In this document: positions 56,187-64,000 of the stretch, in pieces | Layout: each line of letters opens with the position of its first letter | Numbering within the stretch: the first letter of the stretch is position 1 | Origin: a virus | Length of the DNA stretch: 64,000 nt | IMG/VR virus record: IMGVR_UViG_3300025005_000002 | Coordinates: 96,001 to 160,000 of that record | Reading direction: 5' to 3' (one strand) | The notes under the pieces: model-generated | Told to the model about the DNA's origin: nothing | The model's database searches: none | Seen by the model: only the letters and a program-made list of their open reading frames with translations | Made by a program: the position numbers and the translations under genes

Positions 56187-59100
56187 TGCCAAGGAAGACT
56201 CATAAGGAATACATTAATGAATATACACGTGTATATTTTGAATATTATACCGCTTTAACACAGGGAAGACAAGAAGTCGCAGACGAATATTATAATGAAT
56301 TAACAAGAATTTCTAGTGAATATGTTATAGACGGTGGCAAAGCCAACACACTAGTTGATGCTGCTACGTTCTCTGTTCGTGCACAGTTAATAGACCCAAT
56401 TGAAGATAGGTTAGCTGATTTGGTTGTAAATAAACCTGTAGTTGGGGGTGTTAATAAAGAGGCCTTACGTGTAAGTGGTGTGGGTAATAGGTTTGGTACT
56501 CAGATTATGATTGATGGTGATGAACGAAGGCTGTATATTGGCATGGGTAATAATAGTATGAATGCATTTGCTGTTGAGGCTGGATTTAACCAAGTAGTTG
56601 ATGTTGAAGAGGCAAAAAGGATTAAGAAATTACAGGGGTTGTTTATGGAGGTCAATGACGACATAGCTGAGATAACGGTAGCTCTCAATGCTAAGGGAAC
56701 GTTGTCTCCTGGGGCCAACAAGTTTGTTGGTACAAAATTTGATCCTGGTGCATTGATGAGGAAGTTGGTTGATAAGAGAAAACAATGGAATCAGATAGTT
56801 GAAGAGCTTGGTGCAACTATTTCTAGTAGATATAATACTGATATTGTGTTACCTAGTAATGATATAGAATATACCAGAAATGTTGGGAAAACCATTAGGC
56901 AGAATCCTCTTATTAACCTATACATGCATCAAAATATTTTGCCTTATTTACAATATCGTAGTGGTGAAGAATTGCCGATTGGAAAGGCATTGGATTTAGT
57001 AAGTAATGTTGAGTTTTTTGATGGTAATATTAAGGATGATGGATATTGGGTGATTAAGAAGATTGAAGTAGACCATGGCGTTGGGGCTATATTAGTAAAG
57101 CATAAAAGAAGTGGTAGGGTTATTGCTTATGTCCCACCAGTAAGAAAAACCCACATAGATGCGCTTAAACAAATATTTAAAGATCCAGACATGCCTATTG
57201 ATATGTTGTTTATTGATATGAGATATAGCGATGTTTCTAGTATGTTAATGGCTGACCCGTCGGTTACAACAAGATCGTATCAATATTTGACTAGTAGAGA
57301 ACTTTCAGATGCTATTGTTGATGCTTATCAACTTACGAATGAACGACCAATTAGTTATCAATTGATGAATGTTGATAATAATATGCAAGCAATAACTATA
57401 GTAAAATCTCTCGAGACTAGGTTAGTTTCTAGTGCAAATCAACGTGCTGATGTTCATATGTCACCAGTAAGCCATGATAAGAGGCCCATGATTGCTGTAA
57501 TGGATAGCAAAGGGTTTGATATAAGTCCATCACAACAGACTCTAGGTGAGATCCATGATGAGATTTTAGAAATTGCAATTAAAAAGACTAGGGAAGCACG
57601 GCTTGGGTTGTCTGCGGCAGATATAGAAGATAAAAAGGTAAATTTGAGTGATGAATATGAGGTATATGGATATGCAACTGAGGATCAAGATTTAAGAACT
57701 GAAGCTGATCAAATGTTGCATTCTGTATTGGCAGAAGAATTAGATATACCGCTTGGTGTGGAAGGTGCTATCCATGATCCACTTTATGTCCAATTTGGTG
57801 TATCTAGTGAAGTTTTCAGCGTGGTCACTGATTCTACTAAAGCAGATGCTAGTGCCTTAGCTTGGGTTAAATTACATACAAAGGAAAAACACGCAGAAGA
57901 GATTATTTCTGCAGTTAAAAGATTTAGTATGGTAGATGATGGGAAAGTCATAGATTTATCACTAATGGCTATACCAATATCACCTACTCCAGGTACTACG
58001 CTTTCAAATGGCGAGGTTCTTATCAATCAAGCGAGAGCGGTTTATAGGCAAAATCTGCGAGATGCGGTGTTGTCGCAAGAAGTGTTTGATAAGATTATAA
58101 AATGGGATACATCTAAATTTGCATCAAATATTGATGCTAGGGCTGAGTTTATAAGATTAATGCATGACTATACATGGGTTAGGCCTCATTTTAATTTGGA
58201 TATTGAATGGATGAAACATGAAGAGGATGTTATTCAACAGGTATCTAGGGCTTTAATGTTTCAAACTAAACAAAATAGTGAAGACACAGTAAAAATATTC
58301 AAAGGTACTGCGGCTAAATATTTTGGCCCGATTGATGATAAAATCATTAGTGTGTTGGGTGCTGTTGGAGTGGCGGGTAAAAAGGGAGAGGTTAATAAAT
58401 TACTTAAAGAAAGAGAGCGTCTCATAGGTGTTATCGCCACCAGAATTGATAAGGATAAGGCTAAAAGTTTTGTTGTACTAAGTAAAGCAGCCTCAAACTA
58501 TGGTGTGTCAATTGATGAACTTAATGATTTAGCTAGAAATACTCATGGGTTTAGTATAATAGCAGGGCTTGATGGTATTAGTGCAAATAGAGTAGAAGCC
58601 ACGCGCCAAGAATTGTTGTATTTTTATAATAGGGCAAAAGCGTATGAAGAATTTATTGGATGGCTAAATAATAATCATAGTAATTTTAGAGCTGTTGTTG
58701 GCCTTAGAATGAGTGGCGCGGTTACGATGGATCGTGTGACAGAAGCCGCATTTTCACAAGAGATAGCCAGTGCCTATATGGCTGATGGTTTGGGCAGAGA
58801 ATTAGATGCTAGATTTGATCAGTTTGTCGGGTTGGTTAATGCTAAGAACTCATTTGATGCACCCGTGGCTCATTATATTAATATGATTAGGATACAAGAA
58901 CTTTTACGCAGGGTAGAAGAAACCAATAGATTAGCACCAGAATATACTACATATATGAGAGAATTAGAGACTGCTATCAATAGGTTTGGTAACATTAATA
59001 ATTTATTTATAGATCCTCCGATTTATAGTGGGTATGATGCGGATATAGGTGGGCGTGTATCGACGATTTTATCTGAGATAGAGATTTTGAATTCGCCTTC

Positions 59101-62100
59101 AGTTAATCTATTACATGGCCCTTTCGAAGACCTAATAGATTTTAGTGATTTTGAAAGGGGGGTCCGTAATGTACAAAATGATTTACGTAGATTTACCAAT
59201 ATAATAAGAGATAATAATGAATTAGAAGTAGCAATAAATCGGTATTTTAAGATCAAAATAAATAATTTTGTGGCGGAATTAAGGGGGTTAAGTACCCCTG
59301 ATAGGGCAAATGATTATAATAAGAAATTAAACGAGGCAACTGAATTTGTTTTGGGGGTTATGGGGTACACACCAACTGAAAAAAGGCGTTTTGTGTTGTT
59401 AGATATACCAAGTATTGACGCGGTTGACATCACTAAATTTGATAGGGGTGCTGATGTTATATTTGCGCATACAAATAAATTAGTTAAAGCAGCAACAAAG
59501 GAATGGATGGAGAAGGTCAAGCACACAAAGGTTATAGAGGATAAGGCAAAAACCACAAGTAATAAGGAAGTAGCTAGGATACTTACTGAAAGAGAAGCTC
59601 TTGTTATAACCTTAGAAAATAAGACTAATGATTTATTGGGCATTGGAAGGAAGATAGCTGCCATATCTAGTTCATTACCAAAGGATAAAGCGGAAGAATT
59701 TAATGCTGCAGTTGATTATAAAACTGAAAATGAAGTTGCATATGCGTTTTTAAATATGCGACATTTGGATAATAGTAGGACCATTCTTCGTGGAGAAATA
59801 GCTGATATTCGCATGAAGATTGCTGAATTAGATATAAAAAGGTTTAAAACATTTAATATGGCAAACCCTGATCAGGGTACAGACGATGTTATTGGTGGGT
59901 TTAATGCAATCAGATCTGGGAAAATAAACCCAGAAGCTGCCAATGAAGTTTCTAACATATTAGCAATGGCAGATGCTAAGAGAGATGAGAAATCTAAGCT
60001 TGTATTAGTATTACAAAAAATGCAGGATTTACATAATGAACGATCTAGGATGGTAGAGAGGGGGAGTAGGGAGGTAATAAATAAAGAAATATTTAGCATA
60101 TTTGCTGCGGAAACCAAGTTATCTAATCCATATATATATGAAAAGGTAGTAATACCAGCTATAAATAATGTGTATTTTTCTGATGCCGAGGTGGATGGGC
60201 ATATTAGGCTTATGATTGAAGCTATAGATCTTAAATTAAATGAACTTGATGCGATTATTGGAAAGACAGAGAAAGCAATAAAGACATTAAAAGGGTATTC
60301 CCGTAATATAGATATACCATTTAAAAAGTTTGTGCGTAAGGATATGAGTGACAATGCCTTTGTTATTAGTAGCCCGCATGTTATATTGGAATTAAATGGT
60401 GATCAAGTTGTAGCTGCAAAACAATTTGCCCCTGGGTTATATACTGGGAGAATCGACCGTCCTGGGTTGCCAATTGATTTAATGAAAGAATTTGGTCTTT
60501 CTGGGGAAAGTGCATTCTTATTCCCTACTATGATTGATGGTACAAGAGTATATAAATTAAATATACCGGTTCATGCTACAGCAAGGCAAGCTAATGCATT
60601 AATTATTGAGGCTGAAAACCAGGCAAATCATTTTGGTGTGGATACTCTTGTTGTTGAATTCCCAGCAAGGATATATAGAAATTTTGTTCCTAATTCTGAT
60701 GAATTTAAAGCATTGCGTAAATATTACAATATGTCAATGGTGGATGGTAAAAAAGTACCAGAATTTGTATTTCCAAGGGCAATAGACAGGTCAAGAACAG
60801 TTATATTTGGTTCTGGGTATCACTATGACGTATCAGAAGACAATGAAATTAGAAAATTTCAAACTATTATTTCGAAAAGTGGTATTGGTGATTTTTTAAA
60901 GGAACCAAAAAGATTAGAGTTAATGCTTGAAGCAGACCATATAAAATTTTATGATAGAATAAGCCAGATTACTGATGATATTGGTACCCCAGTGCAAAAA
61001 GCGATTATTAATGGAGAGTTAGAAAATTGGAGGGTAGCTGTATTAGAGGCTATGGCTGGTAAATATATTAATACAGTAAATAGTGCAAAGAAGAAGAGTG
61101 TTGGGTCATTTTTTGATGAAGCCCTGAATATATCTAGAGGTATTGAGCCCATAGAATTTCCAGTTGTTGTGTTTGTAGATAAAAATAATGCAATACGTAT
61201 TAAAAATCTTGGAGTTTTACATTCTGGGGGAGCGATTGATCCATATTCATATGTTTTATTAAATAGTGGTAAGGGGTTCTTACCTAATGATGCTCAATTT
61301 TCAGTTATAATCTCTGGGACAGCAGATAGGTTTAGGGTTACTAATGCTACTGGTACCCTTCCAAAAGAAGTGTCTTTTAATACGATCTTACACACGATTA
61401 CAGACATAGTATCTACAAAAACTAGGGTAAAATATACAATAGATGTGGCAAGTGTTGAGAGAGAGATTCAAGAATCTTATGATGAAATGGATAAAGCAAT
61501 AAAGAGATTACAAATACCGCAAGAGGTATTAGATTATATAACTAAAGGAGAAAAACGATTAAAAGAAACTTTGGCTAGAGATATATTGGCCTCCCCTGGC
61601 ATTCGTTCGAAAGAAAATGCTGCCATGAAAAAGTATTATGCCAATATTAGAAAGTTGTATGCTGAAGTATTGACGAAACATGAAAGGTTTACTGATCTCC
61701 ATAAGTATGTGTCAATTAAGAATAAGTATCTTGGTGAGGCCGGGAAAAGAGTTTATAGTGATAATTTAGTTGATGATGGGATAATAACAATAGCTAAGAA
61801 ATCACTTAGTGATATGGGTATAGCTGTATGGTTTGATAATAGTATACCAATACAATCAATACCAGCTTCATTTTTAGACCTTCAAATTAGAGAAGTCCGT
61901 GCGATGATAAATGTAGACCCACAAAAGTCTTCTGAATTATATGAAAAGTTAGAAACGTTGAAGGCTATGCGTAATGGTTTTGTTAATTCAGAAAGTAGAA
62001 CATTAGTATTTAATCCTGATACTAGTGTCATATATAATGAATATTTACTTCGACAATTGATCGATGTAGATCTTAGATATGCCAATATAATTAAAGATGA

Positions 62101-64000
62101 AGTACTGCAGGCCCAGGTTATGCAACAGATTAGTTTGTTGCGTTATAGTATTAAAAGAGATTCAGAAATTGCTAATAAGGTACGTTTATATCGAGAGATT
62201 AATAAGATTATTGGTGAGTTATCTGATAGTAAGGGCAATTTTGCTCTTGGTAAGGAGTTGTTAGAACTTAGAATAGAAACTGTATTGACACCAGCAAAAC
62301 AAGCCAGGAAAAATGAATTAGAAACATTATTAACATATTTTACATCTTTATCTACTAATAAGACAGATTTAGTATCAGATATTGAGAATATGATGGTAAT
62401 TAAAGCTGAACCGTCGAGTATGGCTGATTGGTTTAAATTGCGTAAGCATGTGGTCCAGACTGTTGTAGAAAATTGGGTATCAGATGCTAAGACGTCCTTA
62501 TCTAGGATTTTGCCAAGGTCCATAGATTTTAAAAATGCGATTAATGGGTCACCAGTTCAATATATAAATTTATTTGATGCTAGGGATGTTAAGATTAGAG
62601 AATTGGCTGATGCTGCAAAAAAATTCTCAGAGGCCAATGCTGAACATGCGCGTCTTATTGAAAGAACTGGCATTAATGAGTATCAGGCTGAATTTTCTCG
62701 TATAAAGGATAACATTGAAGAATTAGTGAAAAAGCGTGCTTCTATATTTGACAAATTTGATCAAGTGGCGGTTGCCGAAACTGCCTATGATGTTTTAGAG
62801 CGGCTAAATAACGGTGATCCATTTTTTGATTCAGAAGTTGCTAAGCGTATGAAATATATACTGCGTATAAAATTGGAAGAGTTATCGTTAGAGAGGGATA
62901 AGGTACGGGCAACAGATCCTCTTAGGTATAATATTATTAATACAGATATTAAAAATATTGACGATGCATTAAAAGAGTTTGATAGGCTCAATAACCAAAA
63001 TTTATTGCGTAGATCTGTTGGACTTGGGGTTGATTTGATTGACAAAGAGATAGAGGCCAATCGTAGTAGGCTTGTCGCACTTAATGATATATTGTCTAGG
63101 GTAGAGGAGTTAGGGCGTATTGAGACACTTGCCGGAGAAATAGCGTTACATTCAGAAACGGTGTCTGCATTATCTGCAGAATTAGAGGCTATTAAATTAA
63201 AGATTGAGTGGATACCGCATCAAATATCTGAAGATGCTCAGCATATATATTTAATGAAAACCCAGCGTATTGGGCAAATAAAACGAATGAATGAAACTCT
63301 TATATCATTAAAAAATGAATATGATAAGGCAAGTGGGGGTACAGCAGTTCGACTTGGTTTTGAAATTAGCAAGATTGAGAAAGGGATACAAGAAATAGAA
63401 AAATCGCTTATTGACCCAGATAATGTACAATCGGTCAAAGAAGCTGAAGATAGGCTTGCCAAAAATATATTGCAGTATGATGATGTTAGATTGGCAAATA
63501 TAGGATATATAAAAGAGCAGATAATAGAACACAGATCGGCACTTCAAACAGCAGATAAAAAGGAAGCGATTGCAATAAATGCAAGGTTAAAAATGTTAGA
63601 GGATATGTTAAAGAATAAAGATTTCTATAAACAGATTGAACAAACCCTTGGTGCATTAGGCCATGCTGAACATGAAAGATTTTGGTTATTAGCCAATAAA
63701 AATAAAGCATATATGGACCCATCGTATACTGAACGTATAAAGGATGTTAATGAAGTTATCCAAGAATTGAGAACTCAATTAGTCGAATTAACTGGGCAAA
63801 TGAGTGCTAAAGATCCATTTTACAATGTAAATATGATTAAACGAGATTGGGATACGCTTAAGAAAGTATCCAACAATATTATAAATTTAGTAAAACCATC
63901 ACCAGAAGAGGTAGTTACAATATCTACCAATAATTTAAGTGAGATTTTTATCAAAAGGTATGCTCAACAACAATTTGCGAAGAAATTTAATGATGCAGCT
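56186..64000 (+). CDS. giant protein of at least 2605 aa (partial, runs off window), probably virion-associated
   Basis: GTG overlaps the portal TAG. No stop in the stretches I translated (all of 56186-58080, spot checks near 60000, 61000, 62000 and the end). The track lists no + ORF here, as expected for a frame lacking a stop. Coiled-coil rich distally. Confidence 0.85.
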   Translation, partial: MPRKTHKEYINEYTRVYFEYYTALTQGRQEVADEYYNELTRISSEYVIDGGKANTLVDAATFSVRAQLIDPIEDRLADLVVNKPVVGGVNKEALRVSGVGNRFGTQIMIDGDERRLYIGMGNNSMNAFAVEAGFNQVVDVEEAKRIKKLQGLFMEVNDDIAEITVALNAKGTLSPGANKFVGTKFDPGALMRKLVDKRKQWNQIVEELGATISSRYNTDIVLPSNDIEYTRNVGKTIRQNPLINLYMHQNILPYLQYRSGEELPIGKALDLVSNVEFFDGNIKDDGYWVIKKIEVDHGVGAILVKHKRSGRVIAYVPPVRKTHIDALKQIFKDPDMPIDMLFIDMRYSDVSSMLMADPSVTTRSYQYLTSRELSDAIVDAYQLTNERPISYQLMNVDNNMQAITIVKSLETRLVSSANQRADVHMSPVSHDKRPMIAVMDSKGFDISPSQQTLGEIHDEILEIAIKKTREARLGLSAADIEDKKVNLSDEYEVYGYATEDQDLRTEADQMLHSVLAEELDIPLGVEGAIHDPLYVQFGVSSEVFSVVTDSTKADASALAWVKLHTKEKHAEEIISAVKRFSMVDDGKVIDLSLMAIPISPTPGTTLSNGEVLINQARAVYRQNLRDAVLSQEVFDKIIKWDTSKFASNIDARAEFIRLMHDYTWVRPHFNLDIEWMKHEEDVIQQVSRALMFQTKQNSEDTVKIFKGTAAKYFGPIDDKIISVLGAVGVAGKKGEVNKLLKERERLIGVIATRIDKDKAKSFVVLSKAASNYGVSIDELNDLARNTHGFSIIAGLDGISANRVEATRQELLYFYNRAKAYEEFIGWLNNNHSNFRAVVGLRMSGAVTMDRVTEAAFSQEIASAYMADGLGRELDARFDQFVGLVNAKNSFDAPVAHYINMIRIQELLRRVEETNRLAPEYTTYMRELETAINRFGNINNLFIDPPIYSGYDADIGGRVSTILSEIEILNSPSVNLLHGPFEDLIDFSDFERGVRNVQNDLRRFTNIIRDNNELEVAINRYFKIKINNFVAELRGLSTPDRANDYNKKLNEATEFVLGVMGYTPTEKRRFVLLDIPSIDAVDITKFDRGADVIFAHTNKLVKAATKEWMEKVKHTKVIEDKAKTTSNKEVARILTEREALVITLENKTNDLLGIGRKIAAISSSLPKDKAEEFNAAVDYKTENEVAYAFLNMRHLDNSRTILRGEIADIRMKIAELDIKRFKTFNMANPDQGTDDVIGGFNAIRSGKINPEAANEVSNILAMADAKRDEKSKLVLVLQKMQDLHNERSRMVERGSREVINKEIFSIFAAETKLSNPYIYEKVVIPAINNVYFSDAEVDGHIRLMIEAIDLKLNELDAIIGKTEKAIKTLKGYSRNIDIPFKKFVRKDMSDNAFVISSPHVILELNGDQVVAAKQFAPGLYTGRIDRPGLPIDLMKEFGLSGESAFLFPTMIDGTRVYKLNIPVHATARQANALIIEAENQANHFGVDTLVVEFPARIYRNFVPNSDEFKALRKYYNMSMVDGKKVPEFVFPRAIDRSRTVIFGSGYHYDVSEDNEIRKFQTIISKSGIGDFLKEPKRLELMLEADHIKFYDRISQITDDIGTPVQKAIINGELENWRVAVLEAMAGKYINTVNSAKKKSVGSFFDEALNISRGIEPIEFPVVVFVDKNNAIRIKNLGVLHSGGAIDPYSYVLLNSGKGFLPNDAQFSVIISGTADRFRVTNATGTLPKEVSFNTILHTITDIVSTKTRVKYTIDVASVEREIQESYDEMDKAIKRLQIPQEVLDYITKGEKRLKETLARDILASPGIRSKENAAMKKYYANIRKLYAEVLTKHERFTDLHKYVSIKNKYLGEAGKRVYSDNLVDDGIITIAKKSLSDMGIAVWFDNSIPIQSIPASFLDLQIREVRAMINVDPQKSSELYEKLETLKAMRNGFVNSESRTLVFNPDTSVIYNEYLLRQLIDVDLRYANIIKDEVLQAQVMQQISLLRYSIKRDSEIANKVRLYREINKIIGELSDSKGNFALGKELLELRIETVLTPAKQARKNELETLLTYFTSLSTNKTDLVSDIENMMVIKAEPSSMADWFKLRKHVVQTVVENWVSDAKTSLSRILPRSIDFKNAINGSPVQYINLFDARDVKIRELADAAKKFSEANAEHARLIERTGINEYQAEFSRIKDNIEELVKKRASIFDKFDQVAVAETAYDVLERLNNGDPFFDSEVAKRMKYILRIKLEELSLERDKVRATDPLRYNIINTDIKNIDDALKEFDRLNNQNLLRRSVGLGVDLIDKEIEANRSRLVALNDILSRVEELGRIETLAGEIALHSETVSALSAELEAIKLKIEWIPHQISEDAQHIYLMKTQRIGQIKRMNETLISLKNEYDKASGGTAVRLGFEISKIEKGIQEIEKSLIDPDNVQSVKEAEDRLAKNILQYDDVRLANIGYIKEQIIEHRSALQTADKKEAIAINARLKMLEDMLKNKDFYKQIEQTLGALGHAEHERFWLLANKNKAYMDPSYTERIKDVNEVIQELRTQLVELTGQMSAKDPFYNVNMIKRDWDTLKKVSNNIINLVKPSPEEVVTISTNNLSEIFIKRYAQQQFAKKFNDAA

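Noticed and set aside
57070-57160. Deaminase-like segment in the giant ORF (VGAILVK...GRVI...H)
   Set aside because: Lacks HxE and PCxxC zinc ligands.
61140-61330. RadC/JAB-like domain within the giant ORF (PVVVFVDKNN...AIDP)
   Set aside because: Superficial resemblance only; no HxH-x10-D metal motif found.
86-63722. Minus-strand ORFs in the track (e.g. 4704-5222, 29206-29796, 39622-40467, 59872-60354)
   Set aside because: All lie antisense to well-supported + strand genes, have Ser/Ile/Phe-rich shadow composition and show no family motifs.

Overview
AT-rich segment of a large tailed dsDNA phage (Caudoviricetes-like). All convincing genes are on the + strand, tightly packed and often translationally coupled; the - strand ORFs in the track look like antisense shadows. 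Left to right: an accessory block (radical SAM enzyme, Zn deaminase, sigma-like protein, C39-like peptidase); a replication/recombination block (very divergent NAD-ligase-like protein, PurZ/PurZ0-type adenylosuccinate synthetase homologue, gp32-like SSB, RecA, Hjc-like resolvase, SF2 helicase, DnaG-DnaB fusion); exported small proteins beside a tRNA(CAT) and two truncated copies; nucleotide metabolism (NMP kinase, NDT-fold enzyme, dUTPase, class II RNR with an HNH-type intein, ThyX); a sugar-nucleotide, glycosyltransferase and methyltransferase cluster; DnaE (family C polymerase); SbcD/SbcC; and the start of the morphogenesis module (terminase with a LAGLIDADG intein, portal, and an open frame of at least 2605 codons that runs off the window). 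The strongest lead is a 2-aminoadenine (Z) pathway gene with PurZ signature residues in a phage whose visible replicase is DnaE. No DatZ, MazZ or DpoZ is recognisable in the window, but there is a candidate alternative nucleotide-pool-editing operon and a complete-looking glycan system. All calls come from reading motifs by eye; no database search was run.
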